Below are positions 28,401-34,661 of a stretch of DNA of 57,642 nucleotides, piece after piece. Source of the DNA: a virus (taxonomy: Duplodnaviria > Caudoviricetes); IMG/VR virus record IMGVR_UViG_3300032093_000156, positions 1-57,642 of that record, one strand, 5' to 3'. Each line of letters opens with the position of its first letter. The stretch's first letter is position 1. The notes beneath the pieces were generated by a model that ran no database searches, was not told the origin of the DNA, and was given only the letters and a program-made list of their open reading frames with translations. The position numbers were made by a program, and so were the translations under genes.

Positions 28401-30410
28401 ACCACTATATGCTTGTGCGGCTAGACCTACAAAAGAAGTAGCCTTGCCTCCAACACCAGAAGCCATAGCTGGGAGAGATTCTAATACACCACCAATAGCT
28501 TGAGTAAACCAACCTCTGTCTCCAGATTTCATGTACTCAAGTGTAGTACCCTCGCTACCTACTGCTTTAATAATTGATGCTTTGGCATCTTCTTTTGCTT
28601 GAAGGATAGCTTGGTTATCTAGTAAATTTTCAATCTGTTGCTTGGTTAGATTCTTGCCATTATATTTTAAGCTTTTATAGTATGCCTTTTCCTCTGGAGA
28701 TAACTCGTCATATTTATCTTTACCAAGTGCTGCTTGATATGCAAATGGCTCAGCAACTACCATGGATACACCGGACAGCACCTTGTTAAGTAAATACCCA
28801 GCAGTCCCACCTTCTTTCTCTTTTGCAGCGATATATTTACCAGCTACATAGTTTAGTTTACTCTGAGATGCAATGGTCTGATCTCTTTGAATTTTAAATT
28901 TTTGGCGTCTAGTTTCAATATCTTCAGCCTTATTGTCTATGAGTAATTTTTGCTCGTTGTATTGCTCCTGAGTAAGTAAGCCTGATTTTGCCAACTGATT
29001 AAATTTAGCAACCTCAATATCGTATGCTTTCATATCTGACTGTATATTCTCAGCTGTTTTTTGCAAATCATTGAGCTGCATATCATAATTCTTGACATTG
29101 TCTTGAATTACTTCATCAGTAAGATAAGAGTTGATTCTGTTTTTAGCTTCTTTAATCTTGTTGGGATCCTTAGTTTCCTTAGCATAATTATATTGATCAT
29201 AAAGATCATTTAGCTTTTGCTCATATGTTTTATTAGCCTCAGATTTTTTCTTTTTGTAATCTTGATATGCAGGTGTTTTATAGAACTCTTGTACATATTT
29301 AGTAGGTAAATCTACCCCTACAATGTGGTTTTGAATAAGTTCTTTTTGCTCCTCAAAAGACAATTTCTTAAACTGATTTTGAAAATCCTGATCTATTATT
29401 TTCTTACCTACATTGACTGATGCTTTTGCCGGATCTTTTGCATCCCAACTTGTTCTTTGCCCAGTTTTTGGATCTGCATATTCAAGCTTTCTTAAAGTTC
29501 CTACAGCATCATAATATGTTTTACTATAAGCTTTAGTTGCATTTTCTTCTAAGAATGCTTTTAATTTAGCAGCTTGCTCTGGATTCTTTTCATCAAATTC
29601 AAATACCTCTTCTTTACTACCATCTTGAGTCTTGACTCTAATTCTGTCAATAGCAAATGCACCTTCTTCTTCGAATGTGAATCCGTATTTGGCGTAGTTT
29701 TTAGTTAAATAATCAATAGCCTTCTCTTCAGTTTGTCCAACAAAACTAGACGTAATCTCTTTAAAATTCTTAGGTGGTAATGTAGTAGTGGGTACAATTT
29801 TAGTACCTACTGATTGACCATATCGCTTGTTTAATGCATTTATTGATCCTTCATTCTTGATGGGTACAAATTCACTACCAGGAGTTTTTCGTTCCCATTG
29901 GTTGTTATTTATACGATATAAATTGTCTTTTTTCTCTTCGTCGTAATTAGAGAAAACTTGCTCCTCTTGAGAAACAGACGCGTCTTTTTTGAATTGATAG
30001 TTTAGATTTTTTATCCTATTAGGATCTGTAATCTGAGAGTACTTTGTCTTAATAGTGGTATTTGGTGCATCTTTACCTGAAGATACAACTGCTTCTTCAT
30101 ACCATGCATTATTCTTAAACTTATATCTCTTAGCTTCTTTACCAGGATATCCTGTAAAAATCTCACCGTCTGATGACGCCGATGAACCAGTCCCCGAGGT
30201 GGAGTCCGTAGTGCCTGGGCTTTTTTTTTTAAAATAACTAGAGTAAAACGAATTAGCATCTAGGTCAGTCATTCCTTGATCTTTTAAGTAAGACCAAACT
30301 TCCTGAGCTTTCCCCTGATCTGAATATTTACTGAAAAATGTGTTAGCATCTAAATCTGTTAACCCATTCTCTTTTAAATAATTATAAAGCTGTTGCTGCT
30401 TGTCGTTCAT
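19479..30410 (-). CDS. Giant (3643 aa) polyvalent internal virion/ejection protein
   Basis: Last gene of the structural operon, after two ejection-type genes. Contains RAVHDFFGH and LLHEAVHH zincin-like motifs, a glycosylase-like block and an ART-like block. Confidence 0.8.
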   Translation of the reverse strand: MNDKQQQLYNYLKENGLTDLDANTFFSKYSDQGKAQEVWSYLKDQGMTDLDANSFYSSYFKKKSPGTTDSTSGTGSSASSDGEIFTGYPGKEAKRYKFKNNAWYEEAVVSSGKDAPNTTIKTKYSQITDPNRIKNLNYQFKKDASVSQEEQVFSNYDEEKKDNLYRINNNQWERKTPGSEFVPIKNEGSINALNKRYGQSVGTKIVPTTTLPPKNFKEITSSFVGQTEEKAIDYLTKNYAKYGFTFEEEGAFAIDRIRVKTQDGSKEEVFEFDEKNPEQAAKLKAFLEENATKAYSKTYYDAVGTLRKLEYADPKTGQRTSWDAKDPAKASVNVGKKIIDQDFQNQFKKLSFEEQKELIQNHIVGVDLPTKYVQEFYKTPAYQDYKKKKSEANKTYEQKLNDLYDQYNYAKETKDPNKIKEAKNRINSYLTDEVIQDNVKNYDMQLNDLQKTAENIQSDMKAYDIEVAKFNQLAKSGLLTQEQYNEQKLLIDNKAEDIETRRQKFKIQRDQTIASQSKLNYVAGKYIAAKEKEGGTAGYLLNKVLSGVSMVVAEPFAYQAALGKDKYDELSPEEKAYYKSLKYNGKNLTKQQIENLLDNQAILQAKEDAKASIIKAVGSEGTTLEYMKSGDRGWFTQAIGGVLESLPAMASGVGGKATSFVGLAAQAYSGIEEEMLSDPDFQYSSSLDRALIAVPYAAAMGVLENVGLNNLVKGDSFAGKVLMGVALKAAKKLGANATVDALEKIAEKEVQSMLAKGLIKITQAGLAEFETGATQSLVLDKGWKDVANWWMSKDLTEEQKKNLTKGEFFETPDGFKETAFKVFEDGLAEMVGGKTMGAVGVIGERLIRGNISLYSEDDLKFLENVATDTEFKKLMVANLKTQMIKGNITKSEANAQLEAINKIDGIISSMPEQLSDRDRMNAFNLIVERDRLQKEIDKSDPALVTAQKERVAEINNQLDKISKDAVQKQTTGEVPVQSGTAVSGEMAEGESETGLKEATKKGKEEVAQYIADMGAEARLGATINPIMDKMSNAEFINDNDIDTAIEAIFNEVEQLEKSDQYSPETKAAMSEKLLNIADKLDNYEFRTKTETVATTKAGAASPTRRTSEAVQKIRAEKYFNGVEAEVNGQQVTLSDNNGRVEAAMPNGEVIVIDTPTMEIIEDGFEFDNNGALQAVTVTDRLGNTVKLTGEQALDFAIRDRENKLGVVEQAEFETVYQEVEKQYIKENLQDTQKQTNLAQDEKGKPKAGNRLFNEPLKAVAEIANRYFQRVFGSQRPTFEGTTELDVERAKRIAAAYEAMEDNPNDPEVKRAYEAMAKETIEQYRAFLDAGYVVEINNEEPYATSEEMIEDLRNNKRIKIFSTESGFGDTPITPEQRAANPLLATTEFTDVNGQPMLVNDLFRAVHDFFGHAELGNSFGPKGEENAWNVHARMYSPLARRAMTTETRGQNSYVNFSGVNERVEALREEARKLREQGKLDEAAALVNQIYDEAKFADQKIGLLPEEFSMIDGEVQETVDAEANLITEKNAKLMSVKFKRNPIVRAALNIMKALPGVKIYLHENTDQYASTLADRTGESKQSITKENSAGSYIDGEIHIDMTKADMVTLLHEAVHHAFASLGVSENLFIDLAKGLRPLITNKTRLAELDAFIDSYDGDELKAEEFMAQLGGILADNREELTVSKLTQFKALINRLMKKIGLGVIFKASATTKEAADLINAITFGISTGSKISDQVVGKTGKAKRQAVTIMQGKESMKKFGLKEGKNVTRKIGEALEARQRAKYGTIAQKDNSPEARKKISNWMVDEVKYFTELMGDKSGKGWYGELYQKSLDAMSKIFPEMKTDQNARDLFTMLVAITSDGQKVMTNFKLASEAYDYYKKNGVMPVTLSGLRVASFEANLKRINELLVEYNGDIAAIKKDLMDVRSIQDINKERKTEGLPPLKTSWPVSFKAPFAASVFGAKLGMFFSNLSGNEAYPTLDRWWSRTFNRYRGTLIPGLKSGFTKKGEAIGLDRFKGLLGNPGMSNEEALLASKSYRDSYAAKGYKNGTEVEKAANTIYKTAFENINDAPFNGGDRKFMYDTISDAVNKLNKDGYELSIADVQAILWYFEKNLYKTLGVQAKIEGISYEDAANYTYDKWKESGQKFNYEIKAEEEGQSVEDADEDIEEEEAKPIKRKKQLIAPNGKPSKLNAQQWEQVRTPAFKKWFGDWENDPENASKVVDENGEPRVVFHGTNAEFDEFKSELLGSKNWLADSAYMGFFFAGNQATSEAYTGMNSSDMIGLNISDSPILKRANEKYGKEIQDVKDSIKEVYQKEFDDALDKRKKELIDGLTEDVIKIFFPKGITNETVNTLISFEKREEISKKADKINKDNGNAKKLEDLEKKAIKYINDEFIKDRGLKPQIMNLFLNIRNPKTVAVENRDEVSLPYEIQAAKDSGNDGVIFNNLKDGAEEDDIFVAFKPNQVKSATENVGTFSPKTANIKFQKAPKILGGKPTQVIVKDEYKALLDQIKLEARAQREQKREHKKILADISATVTSLKSKGNISVKQFDFIMKKLKGLNFDNKQKVSEFIDYVSRALANAEYIDNVQKAKRMSKAIASKLKGKPNPFAIVAKMFTSLDAEYVENVVDHIAVAQMIMDGVKSSSTRGGKLTLKQEPDLQVIAEYIDAEQQRQTQRLFKNLQARYENITGKPSTNLPAETMLTELEALKPDVDNSADILDQIDLQLAAYSQLIDEDTPQVIIDAINIDTEEFGIADSIKVLDALDTYFANGVTSGIESLMGAYEGMMNAKKFKFKSSPMSIAMSEKLGRTRLGLFAGFSRILERKFRSVDKANAYQKASGINDIIVGANKADFEATFKQSEYIRKFGKMKGFFSNENIYERGIIADLIRTNPNIDQDAEFDRLINILMDSKNMLLQSSDETKVRMGRLYDKVFKKLGLYNANVTLESVLAKAEQMNIDAVNFAVDMFAEKYEQMSDTAMGVYNIMLNQDINYTPKTYVNIKQGQSKDSDALSGSDVLGIGQYSNNYFNRNEAGVLMPITRPKDLKSNGKYVDLNFDNNMFRSYRLALTDSYTAKSIRQLNSFYNSRENEEIIGSERDFDIIKSALADYISTIKGKNLIDKNLLQGVDKFLNMISTFGAVRALAGIGQFANQFASGMSNTIVNAGEHMRPSDFSKSAFDFMNKSGQPIANVGENDILISLANLDKSIERATLGKSIAEVGLDKFTKFNAKAFQLMISNPDAVARRLAWMAYYRKYVIKNKLGPIDFNADPNADAAAYAQSMVDRSMDTTDARVRGELYRSQNTYAKIIKSMLFPFSSFGMNQRTRMWGDLTKIVSGDFNLDTARSLASIGAEIAVYNVIRFQMAKLLLYAAMNLLGYDEEEQDELIEKLKKNMLSSSWSKAVVDVMSPLALADNYVLKLSNDLMSFVGLGEPSKTEVDKYIDEENKIRELKNQDPLNSEQEKKKREKYIQENAMQFYISDEANFGTLGIQWEKMTEAYDIYKAMNTGEFTDNFDRTVYLDDEGMEKIKGVAILKTIGVVAPVREVDQIANKSFSLLKKSNKISEKVKDMSAEIKNKYGKLDPVLEMLAQKKNKMSAIEGEMKFIEKNGGLTADQKIEYAKILEYIPRPTKDMLLAIKAGKTADQILKK

Positions 30411-30412
30411 AT

Positions 30413-31861
30413 CTATCCGTTAAATTTTGTAGTTGTTGAAACCAATCTTTTTGTAGTGGTATTTGTTGTTCTATTTACAGTACCTCTAGCCACATCAAGT
30501 GATTTTTTAAAGTTATCTGCTTGTGCTGTGGTAATACCTAAATATTGACCCAATGTCTCAGGTGTAGGATTTGGTATTGTTTGAACAAGAGCAGCATCAA
30601 ATCCACCTCTTCCATCAGAAACTTGCTTATAAACTTCTAGCTTTCCACCTGCTACCCATTTAAAGTCATATTCTTTTGATTGGGAGCTAAGCCATTCGCT
30701 GTTATTCCAATTTTTTATAACCCCATTGGCAAGCGTCTCGTATTTTAATTTTTCACTCTCTGGGCTATTATTTGACCCACCTCCTACTACCTTTGGTTCG
30801 TCTTGTAATGACTTATATCCAAGCTGAAGCGCAACAGCTGACTCAATAGTTTTTTTAGCTCTTTCCTTTTGTTTTTCTGATATCATTGGTTGGTATACAC
30901 CTGACGCATCTTTTTGCATTGGAATGAGTTTACCTTCAGCTTCTTTAATAAATGCATTTAGATCTTCTCCACTCAACTTCGACTTGTCCTGGTATGCTCT
31001 TTTTTGGTTTTCTCTCTCAACCATTTCAATTAACTTTGAATCCCTATCGGCCGCCGTATAGTAAGTGGTATAACCCTCGTCTGTGTTGTCCATTAAAATA
31101 CTTAATGTCATTCGGTTATTACTGGTTAGTGCACCCGTTAGGTCAGCCATTTTACTGGCAAATTCATCTCTTTGTCTAAGGTCGCTAGTAGTCGTAATGT
31201 TATTTTCAACCATGTAGTCTTTCCAAAACTTAGTTGTTTCAGCTACAGCCTTATCAACATTTGTTTTATTAAAGATTAAATTGCTTAAGTCACCTGTGGT
31301 TTTGGCGCTTTCGATAGTATCAGGAATAACCTGACCTGTTGCGGCATCTAATCTACCTGTGCTAACTAATCCAGTAGATGGATCAATAAATACCTGCAAA
31401 TTCTTAAGATCGCCCATTCTAGCAAAATACTCACCAGCTTCTACAGAGGCCTTTGATATTTCACCACTCTGTAGTTGCTTTTGTATCTCGGCGTTCTTGG
31501 TGTCAAAGCTCTTTACGTTATTAGCAAGCGTACCCCAATTTTCCATTAGGCTATTCATTCTTTGCTTATATTCTTTAGGATCAAGCTCACCTCTTTTAAG
31601 CGCATCATTCCAGGCTTTAATTGTAGATACCCCATTTTGAGATGCGCCAAGCATCATTTGTTGGAATGTCTGACTAGTAAAATTATCAGCTTGCTGAATG
31701 GTCTTAATGTTGTCAGTTTTAAGTTGATCAAGCTCTAACTTAAGCTCTTCTCGACCTTCCTCAATACCCTTAACAGTAGTATATAAACCACCAATAGCCT
31801 TAGACCAATCTACCGACTCGGTAGGAATGTAGCCAAATATGTTTTGATTGCTAGTTGCCAT
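30413..31861 (-). CDS. Internal virion (ejection) protein
   Basis: 482 aa, helical, positioned between the pilot-like gene and the giant gene. Confidence 0.65.
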   Translation of the reverse strand: MATSNQNIFGYIPTESVDWSKAIGGLYTTVKGIEEGREELKLELDQLKTDNIKTIQQADNFTSQTFQQMMLGASQNGVSTIKAWNDALKRGELDPKEYKQRMNSLMENWGTLANNVKSFDTKNAEIQKQLQSGEISKASVEAGEYFARMGDLKNLQVFIDPSTGLVSTGRLDAATGQVIPDTIESAKTTGDLSNLIFNKTNVDKAVAETTKFWKDYMVENNITTTSDLRQRDEFASKMADLTGALTSNNRMTLSILMDNTDEGYTTYYTAADRDSKLIEMVERENQKRAYQDKSKLSGEDLNAFIKEAEGKLIPMQKDASGVYQPMISEKQKERAKKTIESAVALQLGYKSLQDEPKVVGGGSNNSPESEKLKYETLANGVIKNWNNSEWLSSQSKEYDFKWVAGGKLEVYKQVSDGRGGFDAALVQTIPNPTPETLGQYLGITTAQADNFKKSLDVARGTVNRTTNTTTKRLVSTTTKFNG

Positions 31862-32550
31862 TATGGTTGGTAGTTTGTTCCTTGTAATATACTAAGACCA
31901 TAAGCAGCTTGCTGTTCTTTAGTAAGTGGACCACCTGGAGCAGTATATGCTGTATTAGCAGTTAATGCATTCCAGCTTTGTTGTGCTTTGTTACCTTGTT
32001 TTTTATAAAGACCAATTAAGTCATCCAAACTTGATGCCGCTGATCCTGCAAATCCAAGTGCTCCCTCAATAGCAGCATTACGATTTGCAATAGCTTCAGC
32101 TCGTCTCATGTTTTGTTCTTGAACCTCACCTATTCCAGCCATCCAATCTCTTTCAGCTTTACGAGCTCCTATTCCAAGTTCAGCCTCAGCTTGAGCCATA
32201 TCTCTACCATACTGAAGTTGATTTGCTTGAGCAGCAAGAGCCATGTCTTGCTCGTTGCCTGCTGCTGCTAACTGACCTATACCACCTAAAACACCTTCAG
32301 CACCTGTGCCTTGTAATGCACCAACCATCTGAGCCTCACGTTGAGACTGTTGCTGTTGGGCCATCTCAAGACCAAGTGTAGGTACCTGTAAGGCCTTGAA
32401 TGGATTGGTTTCTTTAATTTGTTTTAGTTGCTGTTTTGCCAATGCACTAGCTTGTTCAGCTTGTTTCATTTGGCTTTGTGATTTGATAGCCTGAGCGGCA
32501 CTAACGCCAATTCCCCCTAAGGCTACTAATGTTGATGTTACTGCTGCCAT
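31861..32550 (-). CDS. Ala/Gln/Gly-rich internal virion (pilot-like) protein
   Basis: Hydrophobic Gly/Ala N-terminus and Q/A-rich coiled coil, typical of a podovirus first ejection protein. Confidence 0.65.
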   Translation of the reverse strand: MAAVTSTLVALGGIGVSAAQAIKSQSQMKQAEQASALAKQQLKQIKETNPFKALQVPTLGLEMAQQQQSQREAQMVGALQGTGAEGVLGGIGQLAAAGNEQDMALAAQANQLQYGRDMAQAEAELGIGARKAERDWMAGIGEVQEQNMRRAEAIANRNAAIEGALGFAGSAASSLDDLIGLYKKQGNKAQQSWNALTANTAYTAPGGPLTKEQQAAYGLSILQGTNYQP

Positions 32551-32945
32551 ATCTTTATCATTTCAGTGCAGTTGTTTGATCCTTTTTCAAATCCACATGC
32601 TGCATATCGGTTAATCAAATTTTCGTTCTTCAAAGAAGTGTAGAAGTATTTAGTTCCATTTGTTTCAGCAGCTACCTCAACAAGTGATTTTATTAATAGT
32701 TCTATCGCTTCTTTGCGATCGTTTTGTCTATATTGAAAGTTTGATACGATGTACTCAATCCAAGCCGTCTTTGAGTTTGTAAAGTAAATAAATCCAGCGC
32801 AAATATCTTCACCATCTTTACTTACCATTAATCCACCCCTTCCGTCTTGCGGTAGCATATCTTTTGGTGGTGCTGACCATCTCCAGTCCTTCCACCATTG
32901 GGATAATACATCGTAGTCTCGGTCATCTAAAAACCTAACTTCCAT
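32538..32945 (-). CDS. GNAT-fold acetyltransferase-like protein
   Basis: ICAGFIY..AWIEYIVSN..YAACGF. Positional analogue of the GNAT-like gene preceding ejection genes in podoviruses. Confidence 0.6.
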   Translation of the reverse strand: MEVRFLDDRDYDVLSQWWKDWRWSAPPKDMLPQDGRGGLMVSKDGEDICAGFIYFTNSKTAWIEYIVSNFQYRQNDRKEAIELLIKSLVEVAAETNGTKYFYTSLKNENLINRYAACGFEKGSNNCTEMIKIWQQ

Positions 32946-32954
32946 GTAACAAAT

Positions 32955-33725
32955 TTAAGGAAAACTTTTGAATACTGCGGTGCTAACAGCAAATAGCTCT
33001 ATTTCCGGAGTAGCGTCAGATCCACTTCTTGATAGTGTAAGGTTAAGGAAGTATCCTCTTGTTCCGTATGATTCAGCAGATGATGATTTAAAAGATACCA
33101 AAAAATCACCAGGTTGTAATGGTGTAGCAAATGCAGCATCTAATTTAATCTCATTATTGGACTGATCTACGTAGTCTATTGTTCCAACATAATTAACGCC
33201 TGAAATCATAGTACCAGCAAATGATGCTTTATAAATCTCATCCCCTTTGCTAATATTTGTGAACTTGCTTTGAGTAGTTATAATATCAGGTGCTGTTGTA
33301 GACAATACATTTCCAACACCTTGAGCAGATATTAGGTCAAAATTGATTTGATTTACTGGCCTTCTCATATATGAATACCATTCTCCTTCTTTATTTACAA
33401 ATTGAGACATACTCATTTGGGCATCATCAAGATCTGTATAACCAACAAAATTTAATGGATGTGTACAGTCAAGCGCTAACGTCTTGAACATTTTTATCTC
33501 TGTTGGCGATTGGTTTATTACAGTTGATATACTAAATCCATATAGAGAATTAATAGGTTCATTGTAAAACTGAGTCCTATTTATATTAGTATCATGTTTA
33601 TACAAATTACCATTCTTAAATGAATAGAATGAACTATTCAATCCCATCATCCACTCAGGGCGATAAGTCCATCTAGAAGTCCATCCCTCAGCTTTATCTG
33701 AAAAAGTAAGCGTATCTATAACCAT
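32955..33725 (-). CDS. Tail nozzle/stabilisation protein, C-terminal module
   Basis: TLTFSDKAEGWTSRWTYRPEWM..FYSFKNGNLYKH..KMFKTL..KEGEWY..RGYF..ELFAV. Confidence 0.65.
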   Translation of the reverse strand: MVIDTLTFSDKAEGWTSRWTYRPEWMMGLNSSFYSFKNGNLYKHDTNINRTQFYNEPINSLYGFSISTVINQSPTEIKMFKTLALDCTHPLNFVGYTDLDDAQMSMSQFVNKEGEWYSYMRRPVNQINFDLISAQGVGNVLSTTAPDIITTQSKFTNISKGDEIYKASFAGTMISGVNYVGTIDYVDQSNNEIKLDAAFATPLQPGDFLVSFKSSSAESYGTRGYFLNLTLSRSGSDATPEIELFAVSTAVFKSFP

Positions 33726-33743
33726 ATAACAAAGTTACGAATT

Positions 33744-34661
33744 TTAGACTAAGCAGCTTTTCATGCTTTTGATCATTTGATAATAGTAATATGAGCACCT
33801 ATTTGTATCTACCGTCAGATTTGTACCAAAGGGTAAAATATGCATATATGACGCTTTGTGAAACATGCCTTGATTATTATTCATTACACCGGCATTATGG
33901 AAAAAATAAAGCTCATCCCATAAACTAGATGGACACGTAGCCCAAGCAAAATCAAAGTCTTTAGGTACCTCAACATGATGTCCAAAAAACCAAGCATTCC
34001 ATAATTCGGCCCACATGCTTGCTGTCCAAGCCTGTATGCCGTTTGGATCTCCTTCTTTTTTAATGTGCTGCATTTCAGTTAATAGATTGTATAGCGATTT
34101 ACTATCTTCTTCAACTTTCTTCCAGTAGTGAGATGTTAAGTTCTTCATAAGTTTTTGAGCTCCTCCACTTCTATTCTTATTAAACTCAATTAACTTTTTT
34201 GATATACCCACTTGATTACACATTGCGTCTAAGATCTCTTCTCCCTTGCTCATGATGTAGTCATAACCTATGTATGAGATAGTGTCTGAGAAGTACCATA
34301 TGTCATCCTGAAGATATGGAGTAAAGTCCATATACTTGGTGAAAACAAAGTCAGCATCATGAAAAAAAATTGCATCGTTTATTAGATCAGGATGCTTCTT
34401 AAAGTGCTTTTCCAAAAGATGTGCTTGTATAGCTGGTGGGTAATTACAGTCACCCATTGTATCCTTATAAAAAAAGAATCGAGCAATATCACTATAAGTC
34501 TGATATAACTTATTCCAAGATTCAGGTATCTCATCTTGATAACCAGCAACTATGTCAATGTTTTTGTAACCTAATGAAGCGAAGTTATGTATACATACCT
34601 CAATCTGCCATGCATAGTAGTCAAGCGCTGGTTGCGCTGACAACATCCTAAGTGTTTTCAT
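33744..34661 (-). CDS. GT-A glycosyltransferase resembling plant protein O-glycosyltransferases (GT95 HPAT / GT96 SERGT1)
   Basis: YYAWQ, NYPPAI, FFHDADFVF (DxD), GGAQ, WTASMW, FFHNAG. Confidence 0.65.
   Translation of the reverse strand: MKTLRMLSAQPALDYYAWQIEVCIHNFASLGYKNIDIVAGYQDEIPESWNKLYQTYSDIARFFFYKDTMGDCNYPPAIQAHLLEKHFKKHPDLINDAIFFHDADFVFTKYMDFTPYLQDDIWYFSDTISYIGYDYIMSKGEEILDAMCNQVGISKKLIEFNKNRSGGAQKLMKNLTSHYWKKVEEDSKSLYNLLTEMQHIKKEGDPNGIQAWTASMWAELWNAWFFGHHVEVPKDFDFAWATCPSSLWDELYFFHNAGVMNNNQGMFHKASYMHILPFGTNLTVDTNRCSYYYYQMIKSMKSCLV

Noticed and set aside
19479-30410. Giant protein as a crAss-type virion RNA polymerase
   Set aside because: No DxDxD catalytic motif. The nearest, DFDII at about 21121-21135, lacks the third Asp.
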